Assembly (NCBI GenBank): GCA_009103225.1
Contig: RHPI01000026.1
Location: 753,103 to 817,102 of the forward strand
Length of the DNA stretch: 64,000 nt
Direction of reading: 5' to 3'
From: Chlorokybus atmophyticus
Lineage: Eukaryota > Plantae > Mesostigma and Chlorokybus algae
The translations under genes were made by a program, and so were the position numbers. Positions 52,620 to 64,000 of this stretch are shown in pieces; the first letter of the stretch is position 1; every line of letters begins with the position of its first letter. The notes under the pieces were generated by a model. That model was not told the DNA's origin. It worked only from the letters and a program-made list of their open reading frames with translations, and did no database searches.

Positions 52620-53781
52620 TGCACACGCCCGTTGACATATGCATGTCGCATCTTCACATCTTCTGTACAGAGTAGCCACACCCTGATAGCATTTCGTACA
52701 CATGCATAACATTGCATATATGTTACACACAGGCTTTTGTCGTGAGCTTACTGCTAACTGAGGTGCTGCCCTCACGCTGACCAACCAGAGATCGTGCGGC
52801 ATGGTTGTTGCCTCACAAGTCTTAGGATGCATGTTGCATCTTCGCATCTTGTGTACAGAGTAGCCACACCCTGATAGCATTTCGTACATAGCACTGCGAA
52901 AAGGGAGTGCGACGCGCTGTGCGCATGCGTGCTGCGCGCCAATGGGCGCAAACCCTAGCGACGCAGCCATAGCTGGGTGTATGACGCAGTTGTGGGTGGA
53001 GGTGGTGATGTGGGCGGAGGAGGGGGAGTTGGGTCTGCTGCTGCTGCTGCATCTGCCTCAGCAAAGACTGGGCCGCTAACCAACGGCCGGTGTGCAGGTG
53101 AACGCAAATGCATGTGCATGCTTACATTGCTAACGGGGTGGTAGGGGTAGTGTAGCGTGTGAGGTAGTGCATGAACCCGGTGGTCAACCTGACAGTGGTG
53201 TTGTTGGTATGCGCTATGTCTCTCTACATGGTGCTGACTGTGCATGCCACTATGCATGTGCATTGCCGATTCGCATTGTATACAAAAGATGGAGTGCTGA
53301 TAAGACCGCATGCATATGTACATAGGCTCTTGTCGTGAGCTTGCTGCTAACTAGGAGGTGCTGCCCTCACCCTAACCAACTAGAGATTGTGCGGCATGGT
53401 TGTTGCCTCACAAGTCTTGTGCATTTGGTACGCAGCTGAAGTTGATTGTCGTAGATGCACCACATTAAAATTAGGGGGGCAAGCAAAGTGCATCCATCGT
53501 GCGTGTTCAAATGCAGGACCCCTAGCCAATCTCTGTAACGGCATTGCTAAGACAACGACACGGCACCCTTTGGCCACCCCACTGATAATAGGCAGTCACT
53601 GTAGACATGCCAATCTAGCCAATCTCTGTAACGGCATTGCTAAGACAACGACACTGCAACTTTTGGCCACCCCAGTGATAATGATGATGATGATGATGAT
53701 AAGCAGTCACTGCCTGTCTGCAGTGACTGCCTATCATTAGTGGGGTGGCCAAAGGGTGCAGTGTCGTTGTCTTAGCAATGC
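52620..53781. repeat. Modular repeat region with two direct units and one inverted unit (foldback)
   Basis: Duplicated segments near 52,660/52,850 and 52,730/53,325. Units at 53521-53601 and 53615-53682, and an inverted copy at ~53720-53781. Confidence 0.8.
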
Positions 53782-55016
53782 TGGTGTCAAAGCAACAACA
53801 CCATCGTATAACAATTGCACAACACAATAGCATTGATGTATAGCTGCTTGCATTAGCCTCATTGGAGCATGTACCATATTTATGCGGTAACATGCTGCAT
53901 AGAGACCATATGTGGCATACTATCTTTGTCACTTGAGTAGGGCATTCATGCATTTCTTCAATTGACCTTAGTTTATGTGCACAAAAGATGCAAGAGGGAA
54001 TTGGTACATGCAAACCTACGTGCACAAGCAATGTCACAAATACCACACACACTCACCACATTAACCACCCGGGCAAGGCGCCTACTACATAATGTTGCAC
54101 AATAGGTATGAACGTGGAGGCATGCTGTTAGCTAACAGCTACATATCTTGTTCTGTACTCGCATTAACAAGAGAGTGCTGTAGCAATTTCTGACAAACAT
54201 GCATGTCGCCAATTGTCTCGCGCATATCCTTTACGTACATGCCTGCCCCGCTACCATTGCTTGCACACAACACAGCAGCATTTACCTAAGATAGCGAGTA
54301 AGTGGCCTCGAGTGTAATACTTGTTGCTTCTATTGGTTGTATCTCCTCTGCTTGCTATCATATGCATCTACATGTGCACACATATTTTTGCATGACATGC
54401 CAAGACATATACACTCGATTGTTGGGGATTTGAGCCAACCCTTTGCACTGTGTGTTGCCATTGCTGTGGTGGTTGTGCTTGTGTTTTTGCTTAACATTCA
54501 TTGTTTACTACTCGTATGTATTGCTGATTGTTCCTGTATACCCTATCATGTGCCATACGCAAAGACGAAGTGCACCACTTAATAATCATGCACACTTGAT
54601 CACAACGCATACAACCTAGGTCGTGCACAATGTGCGAGCACATTCATAAAAGGCAGGGCTCGGTGGGGGTGAGTTCTTTTCCATGGAAATGAATATGGCA
54701 AATTTATGTTGAGCAACAAAGAACGAAAAGCATCAGCACGATGAGCAAGTTGAATATGGGGGCAACCCGTCATTGCAACGTCTTTGTTGTATCCATCCAT
54801 AATTGGTTAATGCATTTAAAGCTTATAACAAATTCTCGGCATGGCGGTAACTCAATAAATCATTGGTGTATGATGCAACGTCGCTTGCACTTGCTACAAA
54901 GTTGTGTTTCAATCGACACCGCTTAATCGCATGTGCTTTTAACTTGAATGATCGCGTTGAGAGGCTCTCCTCGCAACAATACTTCAAGCGCTACATTTCG
55001 CCATGCGTGCATGCAT

Positions 55017-55018
<2 letters not shown>

Positions 55019-55099
<81 letters not shown>
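55019..55099. repeat. (GA)n microsatellite
   Basis: Direct reading. Confidence 0.95.
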
Positions 55100-55102
<3 letters not shown>

Positions 55103-56532
55103 TTTGTGTGACATTGCACGTGCATTCCCCTATGCACATCTGTTGCACTTAATGAAAATGGTGGTTGACCAACATCTCCATCTTCAAATTCGCAGGCTGA
55201 TTGCAGAACAGCGTTGTGCTCATTGCACTGCTGCCGGCCTACTCTGTTTGTGAAGTGTCACTTATCAGTACCCGTCGGACCCCCCGCGGACAGCCGTCGG
55301 ACCGTCCGTTGTAATGACGTGGACGCTGCTAAGGATGCCATCGTGGCCGTCCGATCAGGTCGTCACGCCGTCTTTACGCCGCGCGTGACTGCAAACGTAA
55401 TATGCTTATAGCACAACACGTATGTCACTGTGGGCGATAATATTGCATTGAGTTATAGCCATAATGATAATGATAATAGTAGTAATTGTAGTAATACATA
55501 AGCGGGTCACTGGCAGTTTTTGGCTGGAGGGGCGGCGACTCACGTAGCGACTCTTCTTCCAGAGCGGACAGGCCGCCGGGCAAATGGTGTCCGGCGCCTG
55601 TCCTCTCTTCCATGAAACTTACCAATTATCTGCTCCGTGTGTTTTTGAAGATGATCTCGAGCAGATTTTTGCTGCTTCATTGTTAGTGCCGGACCAGCAC
55701 TGCTGGTGTACACGTTTTGCGTACCACTGCGCGGTGTGCAGAACAAAGCGTACGGTACATCATCATTCATGTCGCATTATTGCGCGCTGTCCCCGCGCTC
55801 GACCTTGCAGCCAATGACGCAAAGCCGTGTGCACACACCCGGTCAGACTGCACGGTCAAGCCTTTTACATACCAGTTAGGCGCAACCGCCTTAACCAAAT
55901 CGCCGGCTTGACACGAGGGACTTCCGCGTCAAGTAACGCGCACGTTGTTTAACCTAACCACGCGCTTTGACACATGTATGGTCCATACAGTTTGGATCAG
56001 TATATAACGCAGCTGCTGAAGTCAATATTACTTGTGCCTGTCGGTGTTATCCGAAACGGCGGCGGCGGCGGTGCTGCTATAGGTACGTCAATAGCTTTGT
56101 GCGTGGCATCTGTGCTGCTGTGGTGATGGTTACGTCGTGCATTGCCAGCTTGTACCGCATGGCAGGTTGCAGGGCGCTGTGTGACGTGCTTTCTTGTCAG
56201 CTCCGTTTGCATGCATGTGAAGTTGCGCATTCGTGCATTTTGCTGCGGACGTGTCAGACAAGTTGCATTCCGCTTCTTGCTGGTAGATGCACTGGTACAA
56301 CTTCGCCAGTTGTAATCTGTGCTGAGTTTCTCTTCCCGTCTACTGTTAGTAGTGACGGCAAGTGTGTAATAGGCACGCAGTTGTGTAGGTCTTGCATACA
56401 CGCAGGTTATTCATATCAGACACTAATAGCATTGTGTCCTGCTTACACTGGTTTTGCACGCGATTACTGCTATTCTGAATGCTGGCTGCAGCGGCAGCAT
56501 TGTGACTGGTCACTGTTGCCTGCAGGTTAAAG

Positions 56533-58826
56533 ATGGCGCGTGCAGCAGCCCTCTTGACTGTCTTCTTGCTGGCTGTGTCAACAGTCTGCGCTGCAGCAGG
56601 TACCAAACATTTGCTCTTGAAGCGAATACTTCTTCTTGCTACCATGCCTGCTAGTTCGGTTTCTTGCAGGCTTAAGCAGTCATCCTCCATTGAGCTCACA
56701 GCACAGCATTGGGCATTGTGGGAGACATACCCTAATCACTGCTACCCTTTGACAGCCTGCAGCTCTCAAGTTACTTCAGGCGCGTACACCATCGCGTCCA
56801 AAGTGACACATGCTGGTGGCAAGACCACATTTGCTTACACTGTGACACGCAAGACCACTCAGCGCCCCGCGCACTTGACAAGCTTCTCCATCAGGGTCCC
56901 CGACTGCTTGGCCACTGGACCCTTCCCTGCATGGGGCCCCAAAAGTACAGTCTTATCATGTCAACGCGTGACTTATTCCCTGACAATCTTATCACCTGCA
57001 ATTGGCATGCTGAAAACTCTATCACGCAGATGTTGGTGGTGCCACTCCCCCAGCGGAGTTTACTAAGATTGGCTCTTACTTCTTCCGCTGGAACTTTGGC
57101 TTCCCCCCAAATGCCCTGAGCACAACTTACACAGGTAGGTCATGAGCTACCTGCAAGTCCTTGAGCTGGACTGGAGGGTTGCTGATAATGACGTTAACAT
57201 GCAGTTACATTCACTGGGAGCATATCGGCCAACACTGAGACCTTCATTGGATGGAGCGAGGATGGCACCATTGGCGGCCATGTTGACAGTGGAACCATCT
57301 GTGGTCCGGGGTCATGCCCAGCAACAACACCAACCCCATCTCCATCACCAAGTATGCAACCGGTGCTGTTTGTTCATCACTGCATGATCGTGTACATTGC
57401 CGCACACTCATTTGTGCTGGTTATTCTGGTTGGTGACTTCCTCTCGGCGCGTCAACACTGCAACAGACTGTGGAGGTAAGCCAGTGTGTGCAGGTCTATG
57501 CATGGACAGGACAAAATCAAAATGCAGACCCCTGACACTAGGTTGGCCTTTGAACAGTTGTGGTGAAGACTTTTACTGAGCTCAAGACTGCCGTGGAGAC
57601 TCCTCCGCCAGCCGGGTGCACGCGCCGTGTCGTCAACGTGGCAGATGACATCACCTGGCCCAAGTGCTGTGTCAAGAATTACTGCAACGGCCTCCCTTGC
57701 CCAACATGCTGCCCACTGAACGTCACAAGAAGTGTGCTCATCAAAGGCTGTGGTGCAAAGAAGACCCTTGACGGCAATGGTCAGGGCAACATTATCGTGC
57801 AAACAGCCGGCTCCCTCTCGCTCTCCAACCTGATCCTTCAGCACGCCAACACCAACACCGACCAGATCTGCGTAAGCCAGTTGAAGTGTGCGTGTTGTAG
57901 CAGCAACTCAAGACATGCATAGTATGCGGGTGTGGGATTGTCAGCCATCTGTAACATATGCCATTGTCTGCTGACTACTACTCTTGATTGCGAGCAGAAC
58001 AGCTTCTTCGGTGGAGCCGTGTTTGTTTCACGCGGCGGCTTGTATGCGACGGACGTGACATTCCAGGATAATGTCGCTTATGTAAGCATTGGCACTTTTG
58101 CAATTACAGTTGATCTAAAGTGGGAGTCTAACACCTGGTTGCTTACCCATTGTTGGCGTGCACAGGATGGTGCGGGAGTGTATGTTGGTCTGTACTACGC
58201 CTCTGGAGGAGCCAAGGCCGTGTTCAACAGATGCTCATTCTTTCGCAACCAGTAAGCAGTGGTCACACTGCACAAGTTGTTCTTGTCACGCACAAGTTGA
58301 CCAAATGCCTTTGTTACACCAGTGCCTTAGCAAGCATCTGCGAGCAAGTTCCCGGCAGTATTGGCGGTAATGGTGGTGGCGTCAACACTGCGTCTGGTGG
58401 TAGGAGCGCATACAGATACTGCACTTTTGGCAAAGGCGCCAACAAGAACACGTTCCAGGGCGGAAGGATTTTTGACTCGTACAGTGGTGGTGGGGTAAGT
58501 GTCCCCCAGAAGCGGCCACATACGTTATGGCACATAGTGTGTGCACACAATGCAAGAAGTGTTAGTAAGGATACATGCTGTCGCTAACTCTTGTATGCCT
58601 CGCAGCCTGATGTCGCTGGTGGTGGCACAGCGTGTCCCTCGATCACTGGCATTGATGTAAGTGCCTTGCATGGGCTACTTCTATTGTGCCCGTTGTATTG
58701 CTCTTATGTAATGTCCTCACCAACTGTCTTGACTGACAGACAACCAACTCCACTGCACTGACCACACCCGCAACGTGTCCTGCTCGCTGTCCAAGTGGCA
58801 GCTGCCCTGTCTACAAGAGCTGCTAG
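56533..58826 (+). CDS. Secreted protein: signal peptide, beta-rich domain, Pro/Thr linker, PMP-like right-handed beta-helix repeats, Cys-rich tail
   Basis: Signal peptide MARAAALLTVFLLAVSTVCAAA. Phase-compatible GT-AG exons; linker TTPTPSPSP; GGAVFV...TFQDNVA, DGAGVYV...CSFFRNQ, GGNGGGV; ends CPARCPSGSCPVYKSC*. Confidence 0.75.
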
Positions 58827-60239
58827 GTACTTCCTCTGGCATGTTTTGACAGTGGGCTTACACAGGGATGCAAGACCTCACATTCTCCTTGTTGTAATTT
58901 GACAGACAGATAGTCAAAATTTGACAGACAAAAGAATCGCCGAGTGTACTGATGGAGTTGCAAACTGCAGGTGCTGGGGTATGTCAACAATGCACGCTCA
59001 AGCGTCAAATTTTGACTATAGCATGGTAATGGTGAATTGGCCAGTTGCGCGATGTATGGCGCCTAGTTTGTGTATAGTGGACGGTAACTGTGTGAGCAGC
59101 CACTTGCAGCAATTTTGCAGAGGTTGGCTGTTGTCTCAACGACACGTGCATAGCAGTTGATAGTTTTACACTTCTTCAGTGGCAGTTTTTTTTGGAACAG
59201 TGGCAGATGCATGCACAAGTAGGCTATTGTTCGAATATCAACATGATCGTGGTTTTGCCATTGACATCATAGAACCATCACCTGCCTGAGAAAATAAATG
59301 TTTTCCCAATGGGCGAGGCTATTATTGCAGTTCTCTGATTCTCAAACAAGTAACAGTGATGGGTATAAGTGTATAACATTATCAACAACATCGTCACACC
59401 AAGCTACATGCTGTCATCCCTGCCTCATCACTGCACAAGCGTACTCACACGCATGCCATGTAAGGGACAAACTGTCTACGTGACTATGCAAGACACACTC
59501 ACACACAGATACCGTTAACCATCACCAGCACGGTGGGTTGAAGAAGAGTAGTGCAGAAAGGCATATAAACAGTACAGCATCACAACCAACCTGTAGGAAC
59601 CATCGGCGGCAGCGAAGCCAGAACAGCAGGCAGGTTATAGTAGCTCACAGGGAGAGGGGTGATACCTTGATTTGTTACATACAGTTGAAACCATGGCCAA
59701 ACACCTTCTTTGTTCTAAACTGAACCAATAACTCTACTCAAGGTATGACCAAATTTATAGCCACGATAACCTCACGCATCTTAGCTCACAAACATATCAT
59801 TGTCGACTCCATGAAAACTGCACCACAAGGGCACAACTACAAGTCAACGTACCATGTAGTTGCCGGTTACTGGCCTGCTGAGTACGGAGTGACAAGTAGC
59901 TACCATGAACCAAAAATGCTGCCTTATTATCCATACGGCACCCTGATGCACATATAAACTGTTACTTGAAGCCATCCTGACATCTTCATATATGCATCAA
60001 TTCCTGTACAAGATGGTGGTGGTGCGCCATCACATGCATACCACCGCATAGATGTACTATGGTAGGTGCTGTGTTGTCAGCCACTAGCCCTGGGCTTGCG
60101 CTCCTTGTTCTGCATGACTTCATGTCTCACATCGCAGCAGTTTGCCATAGCAATCAATAATGTGTGGAATAGTAATCACAATCGGGATAGTATTAACCAG
60201 GTCTGTCGTAGCATGCGCACAGCGGGCACGACCCTATGC

Positions 60240-63029
60240 CATCTTTATCATACTGAGACCGGCAGGGTGCACTCGGTCAGGTATGCTGCATGTTCGTTGT
60301 CTGTAACGATGGCCACACCCGATATTGTCGCAAAGATCTGAACGGCGTTCTCATCTGCACACCAGTTTTGTGTCTGAGCATGCATGTGCATTTGATGTCG
60401 GTATGCGCATACCCATGGGTAAAAATGTACTACTGCAGGCCACACGCGCATACATGAACACATGCCAGAGCAACAGGTAGCATACGCAGCTTATGAGCCT
60501 CATATGCTGCAAGCTGCAAATTGAATACAAGCACAGATGCGGGCAGACGTACGAGGAGCTTGCACAAGTGCTCATTGCATAGCATGAATCCCACTCTACA
60601 TGCACATGCGTGCTTGTGTGTACGTACTGTAGGTGCGAGTCCAAGTGCCCGAGCCTGGAAATTGCATGACACACACTGAAGAGTGGTCCCGCTGCAGACG
60701 ATGACGTACGATCCCTTGCTGTAAACATGGCCGCTCGCGGTCACATCCCTACACAAGAGAGCAATCACCTATTAACATCCACCTATCCATTTGCAATGTG
60801 GTTGCATGTTGCATAGATATACACACCTGAGGTAATCCGCAAGGAGCAGGACTTGCGACTTGTAATACGTCAACGCGCGAGCATTCTGAAAGCTATTGTA
60901 CGGGTCTATTGGACAAACAGAAACAAAGTCAACCTTAGGTCGTTGCGAGAGGACAGACGCATGCAAGAAGAAGGAAACAATGACTACATATGTCATCGTA
61001 GACTGGAATGGGCGTTATGACACAGGTCATGGGAGAACCACGGCATTTTATGAGCGATGCAGTGTGCCCCGAGCACGCATAGGGTGCTGATAGAAACAAT
61101 GTTGTTCCATTGGCGCCATCGTTGATTGCATCGAGGGACACTTGGCCGCAAACAGGCGTGGTTGACGGGAGACTCGTGTGCTGGCATGCGCTGAGTCCAA
61201 AGGTCTTGCTGTTGCAGGAAAGAAGGAGCACTTTCGCAGGGTAGGCGGTATTTCCCACTGATAACACAAGACGTAAAGCCGGTCGCCCAGCAAAGCTATC
61301 GCCTGCACCGGGGATATGGACCGCCGCCCATCTGGCACTGCAGCGCGTATAATGCACAGATGAGCGTAACAAGCAGAGCAGCAACAATTCGCATGTTCGC
61401 ACAGACACGTACAACACACAAGCACGCGCACACACTCCTCGATGCCAATGCTGCTCAACTTACTCTGTGAACCCCACATGACTACGACACGACACAACGA
61501 ACATCCACCAACCCAGTTGGCAGCACACACACGCACACGGACACGGACACGCACACGCACACGCACACGCACTCGCACTCGCACTCGCACTCGCACACGC
61601 ACACGCACTCGCACTCGCACGCACCAGCAGGCATAAGGTCGTCAGACGGCACGAAGATGTCGCACGCGCCGCATGGCTTTGAGCCTGATGTTCCGCGCGG
61701 CGGGCATGAGTTGCAGGCGTCCGCTGCGGCGTCTGTCACGTTGGCGCGTGGGCACTGCAGCAGAGCAATCACCTGCACGCGCAGCTGCTGCGAGTAAGGA
61801 ATCGACTGGTTCCGGAAGCTTATTGTGAGGAAGAGGTGCGTGGCTGATACCGCCGACACTGCATGCCGCAATGCACAAACTGTATGCAGTACGGTAGAGA
61901 GTTCAGTGTCTTGGTGTGTATGGCAGACACTAACACGCAATGAAACGGCGTGACAGACACAAGCTTAGAGAAACCCTCAGAAAGTGAGGGGTTTCACATA
62001 TGCATAAAGACGGTGATTGAGGGCTTGCGCTTGCGTACGTGAATAGGCGTCCTTTGCATAAGAGAAGGGCATCAAGATTTGGTGCAGCGGATCTTGCCGG
62101 CGTTTCTGTTGGTAAAAAGTGCACTTGTGTTGCATGTACGGAGGACCAGCCGGTGAGCCGTGTCTTCCCACATGATGTACACTTCGTCGGTGCCTGCTGG
62201 TGATAACCTCAAAGGCGAAGTCACTCACAGCGTCTGCACGAAAGGAGAGAACAACCTCAGCTTCAGAACTACACCGGAATTCCTGGTTGTGTGCATGTGC
62301 ACGAGGCAGCACAGTGTGGACTTGCCGTATGGAGGCAAAGGAGTGGCCTTCACGGGCAGGATGGCCGAGCTAGCGTTGCAACCTGCATAGTGGATGCTTG
62401 ACGACTGCTCCATCGACACATGCTAAGCGGTCATGACAGGGCCGCCATCAGAAAGCGTGTTATGCATGCTCAACCTTGATCTACTTTCAACACATTGGAT
62501 CCAAACAACATACAGTGACCAATGCGAGCAAGCTTGCAAGCAAGGAATCCACTTCTTACCCAAAAGGGACGTCCAAGGCTGGGCGGCGTCCGCCAATGCA
62601 GGAGCGGGAGCCGAGTTTAAGGATATGCCAATGCAGCATACCAGCACCACAAGCGAGCCACAGGCGGCCCTCTGGATATTTTTCGTGGAGTTGGACAGAG
62701 TTTGTGGGTGGTAGTGGGTGCGCAAAATGCATACAGACTGGTGGACCTGGCAGGGGCCATGGCTCAGCAGGCGCGTGTGCACATGCGCACCCACCCGCTC
62801 ACCCATTCACAGCGCATGCCTTACTTAGGACATAATGCCGCTAAGTTGCGCATGCGGTCAACCAAACACCACCACTGATCCTTCGGCTTGCTGTTGTGCA
62901 CGCACCTTCATGCTCGCCATGCCGGTCGGGGAGTTGATGGACACAGGCGCTACCAGCTTGCACGCCGCCGCCGGCAACTCCAAGCTCAACAACCTACTCA
63001 AGAAGCTTCCATGCTCATGCTCATGCTCA

Positions 63030-63082
<53 letters not shown>

Positions 63083-63260
63083 ATGCTCACACCCTTGCTT
63101 TGTGCGCATGCCTGTACCTTGAAGTAATACGCCTGCCTCCTGAGAATGGTGAGAGAGAAAGTTTCGCACGTTTCTCGTTTGCTTGCCCCTGTCGCAGTAC
63201 GGCTTGGCGCCTGATGTAGTGAGGGTCATGATGGCAGTAGACTGTAATCTGGTACAAACG
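60240..63260 (-). CDS. Probable multi-exon gene of unknown function, possibly extracellular; boundaries uncertain
   Basis: Several minus-strand open segments end in strong donors (e.g. ...SINSPTGMASMK/GTGCGT, ...SDDLMPA/GTGCGT, ...TECTLPVS/GTATGA). No family recognised. Confidence 0.35.
61525..61622. repeat. (CACGCA/CTCGCA)n microsatellite
   Basis: Direct reading; probably intronic. Confidence 0.9.
63010..63087. repeat. (GCTCAT/GCTCGT)n microsatellite
   Basis: Direct reading. Confidence 0.9.
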
Positions 63261-63514
63261 CTGCGCGTGGCCAAAGGCTAGGAGCACAAACCTAGGTAGG
63301 CAGCTAGGCTTGTGCTACATGCTAGCACTGCTGCTGCTGGTCATTTGGCCACCGTACCAGGCTGCTACCTCTGCACCGTGCAACGCAGGCTATGCTGCAA
63401 GTTGCATTGTATCTTCGTTAGAAAGAGCACTAGTGCGTTATACCCGTGGCACAACCACGGGTTCCACGGTGGTTGTACATTTTTTGTGCTGTTACCATGG
63501 GGTTCGGGGGGGGG

Positions 63515-63831
63515 CTCACCCTAACCAACTAGAGATTGTGCGGCATGGTTGTTGCCTCACAAGTCTTGTGCATTTGGTACGCAGCTGAAGTTGATTGTCG
63601 TAGATGCACCACATTAAAATTAGGGGGGCAAGCAAAGTGCATCCATCGTGCGTGTTCAAATGCAGGACCCCTAGCCAATCTCTGTAACGGCATTGCTAAG
63701 ACAACGACACGGCACCCTTTGGCCACCCCACTGATAATAGGCAGTCACTGTAGACATGCCAATCTAGCCAATCTCTGTAACGGCATTGCTAAGACAACGA
63801 CACTGCAACTTTTGGCCACCCCAGTGATAAT
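63515..63831 (+). repeat. 317-bp copy of 53,366-53,682, ending at a single-N join
   Basis: No differences seen by eye; N at 63,832. Confidence 0.85.
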
Positions 63832-64000
63832 NGTAATGACCATTACCACTATCATGTATACACACATCATGTGTACATGCGCAGCTTTTATGACACATAC
63901 CTTCTATATCACACCACTTCAAGTATACGATACAGAATACGTGCATGCATCATCGTATTATCATTAAATGATACATTATGCATCGCACATATAATACATT

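Noticed and set aside
52940-53380. CCCTAA/AAACCCTAG motifs as telomeric sequence
   Set aside because: Single isolated units, not arrays.
55270-55940. GC-rich segment with a vague zinc-finger or transposon look
   Set aside because: No TIRs, TSD or convincing motif.

Overview
Intron-rich eukaryotic DNA from the green lineage, probably an alga; the lineage is inferred from plant-type HISN3, RDM4/IWR1, UXS, a telo-box, CACTA elements and a chromovirus. Bases 1-52,300 are three scrambled copies of a local gene block: UXS(+), spacer, REase-kinase gene(-), (GA)n tract, HISN3(-), IWR1/RDM4(+). The copies run direct, inverted, direct. One intact HISN3 and one intact IWR1/RDM4 lie head-to-head at 47.4-52.3 kb, and only the last exon of a possibly intact UXS is visible at the window start. 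The other copies of these three genes are truncated, frameshifted or fused into co-oriented chimeras (IWR1-UXS-HISN3 and HISN3-UXS). In contrast, all three copies of a four-exon Crinkler/RHS(CR)-type gene (header, coiled-coil linker, PD-(D/E)xK nuclease, FunK1-like kinase) are intact, and they are mosaics with swapped headers and linkers. The central inverted block (24,557-36,399) is bracketed by a ~65-bp inverted repeat. Insertions are an 8.4-kb CACTA element with divergently oriented TnpD and TnpA-like genes, a chromodomain Ty3/gypsy element, a 1.85-kb non-autonomous element with CACAC ends, and a Penelope-like RT fragment. The distal 12 kb holds a secreted beta-helix protein gene, a poorly resolved minus-strand gene and a foldback repeat. 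Two N gaps and five single-N joins (four in GA/CT tracts) limit confidence in long-range order. All alignments were done by eye.
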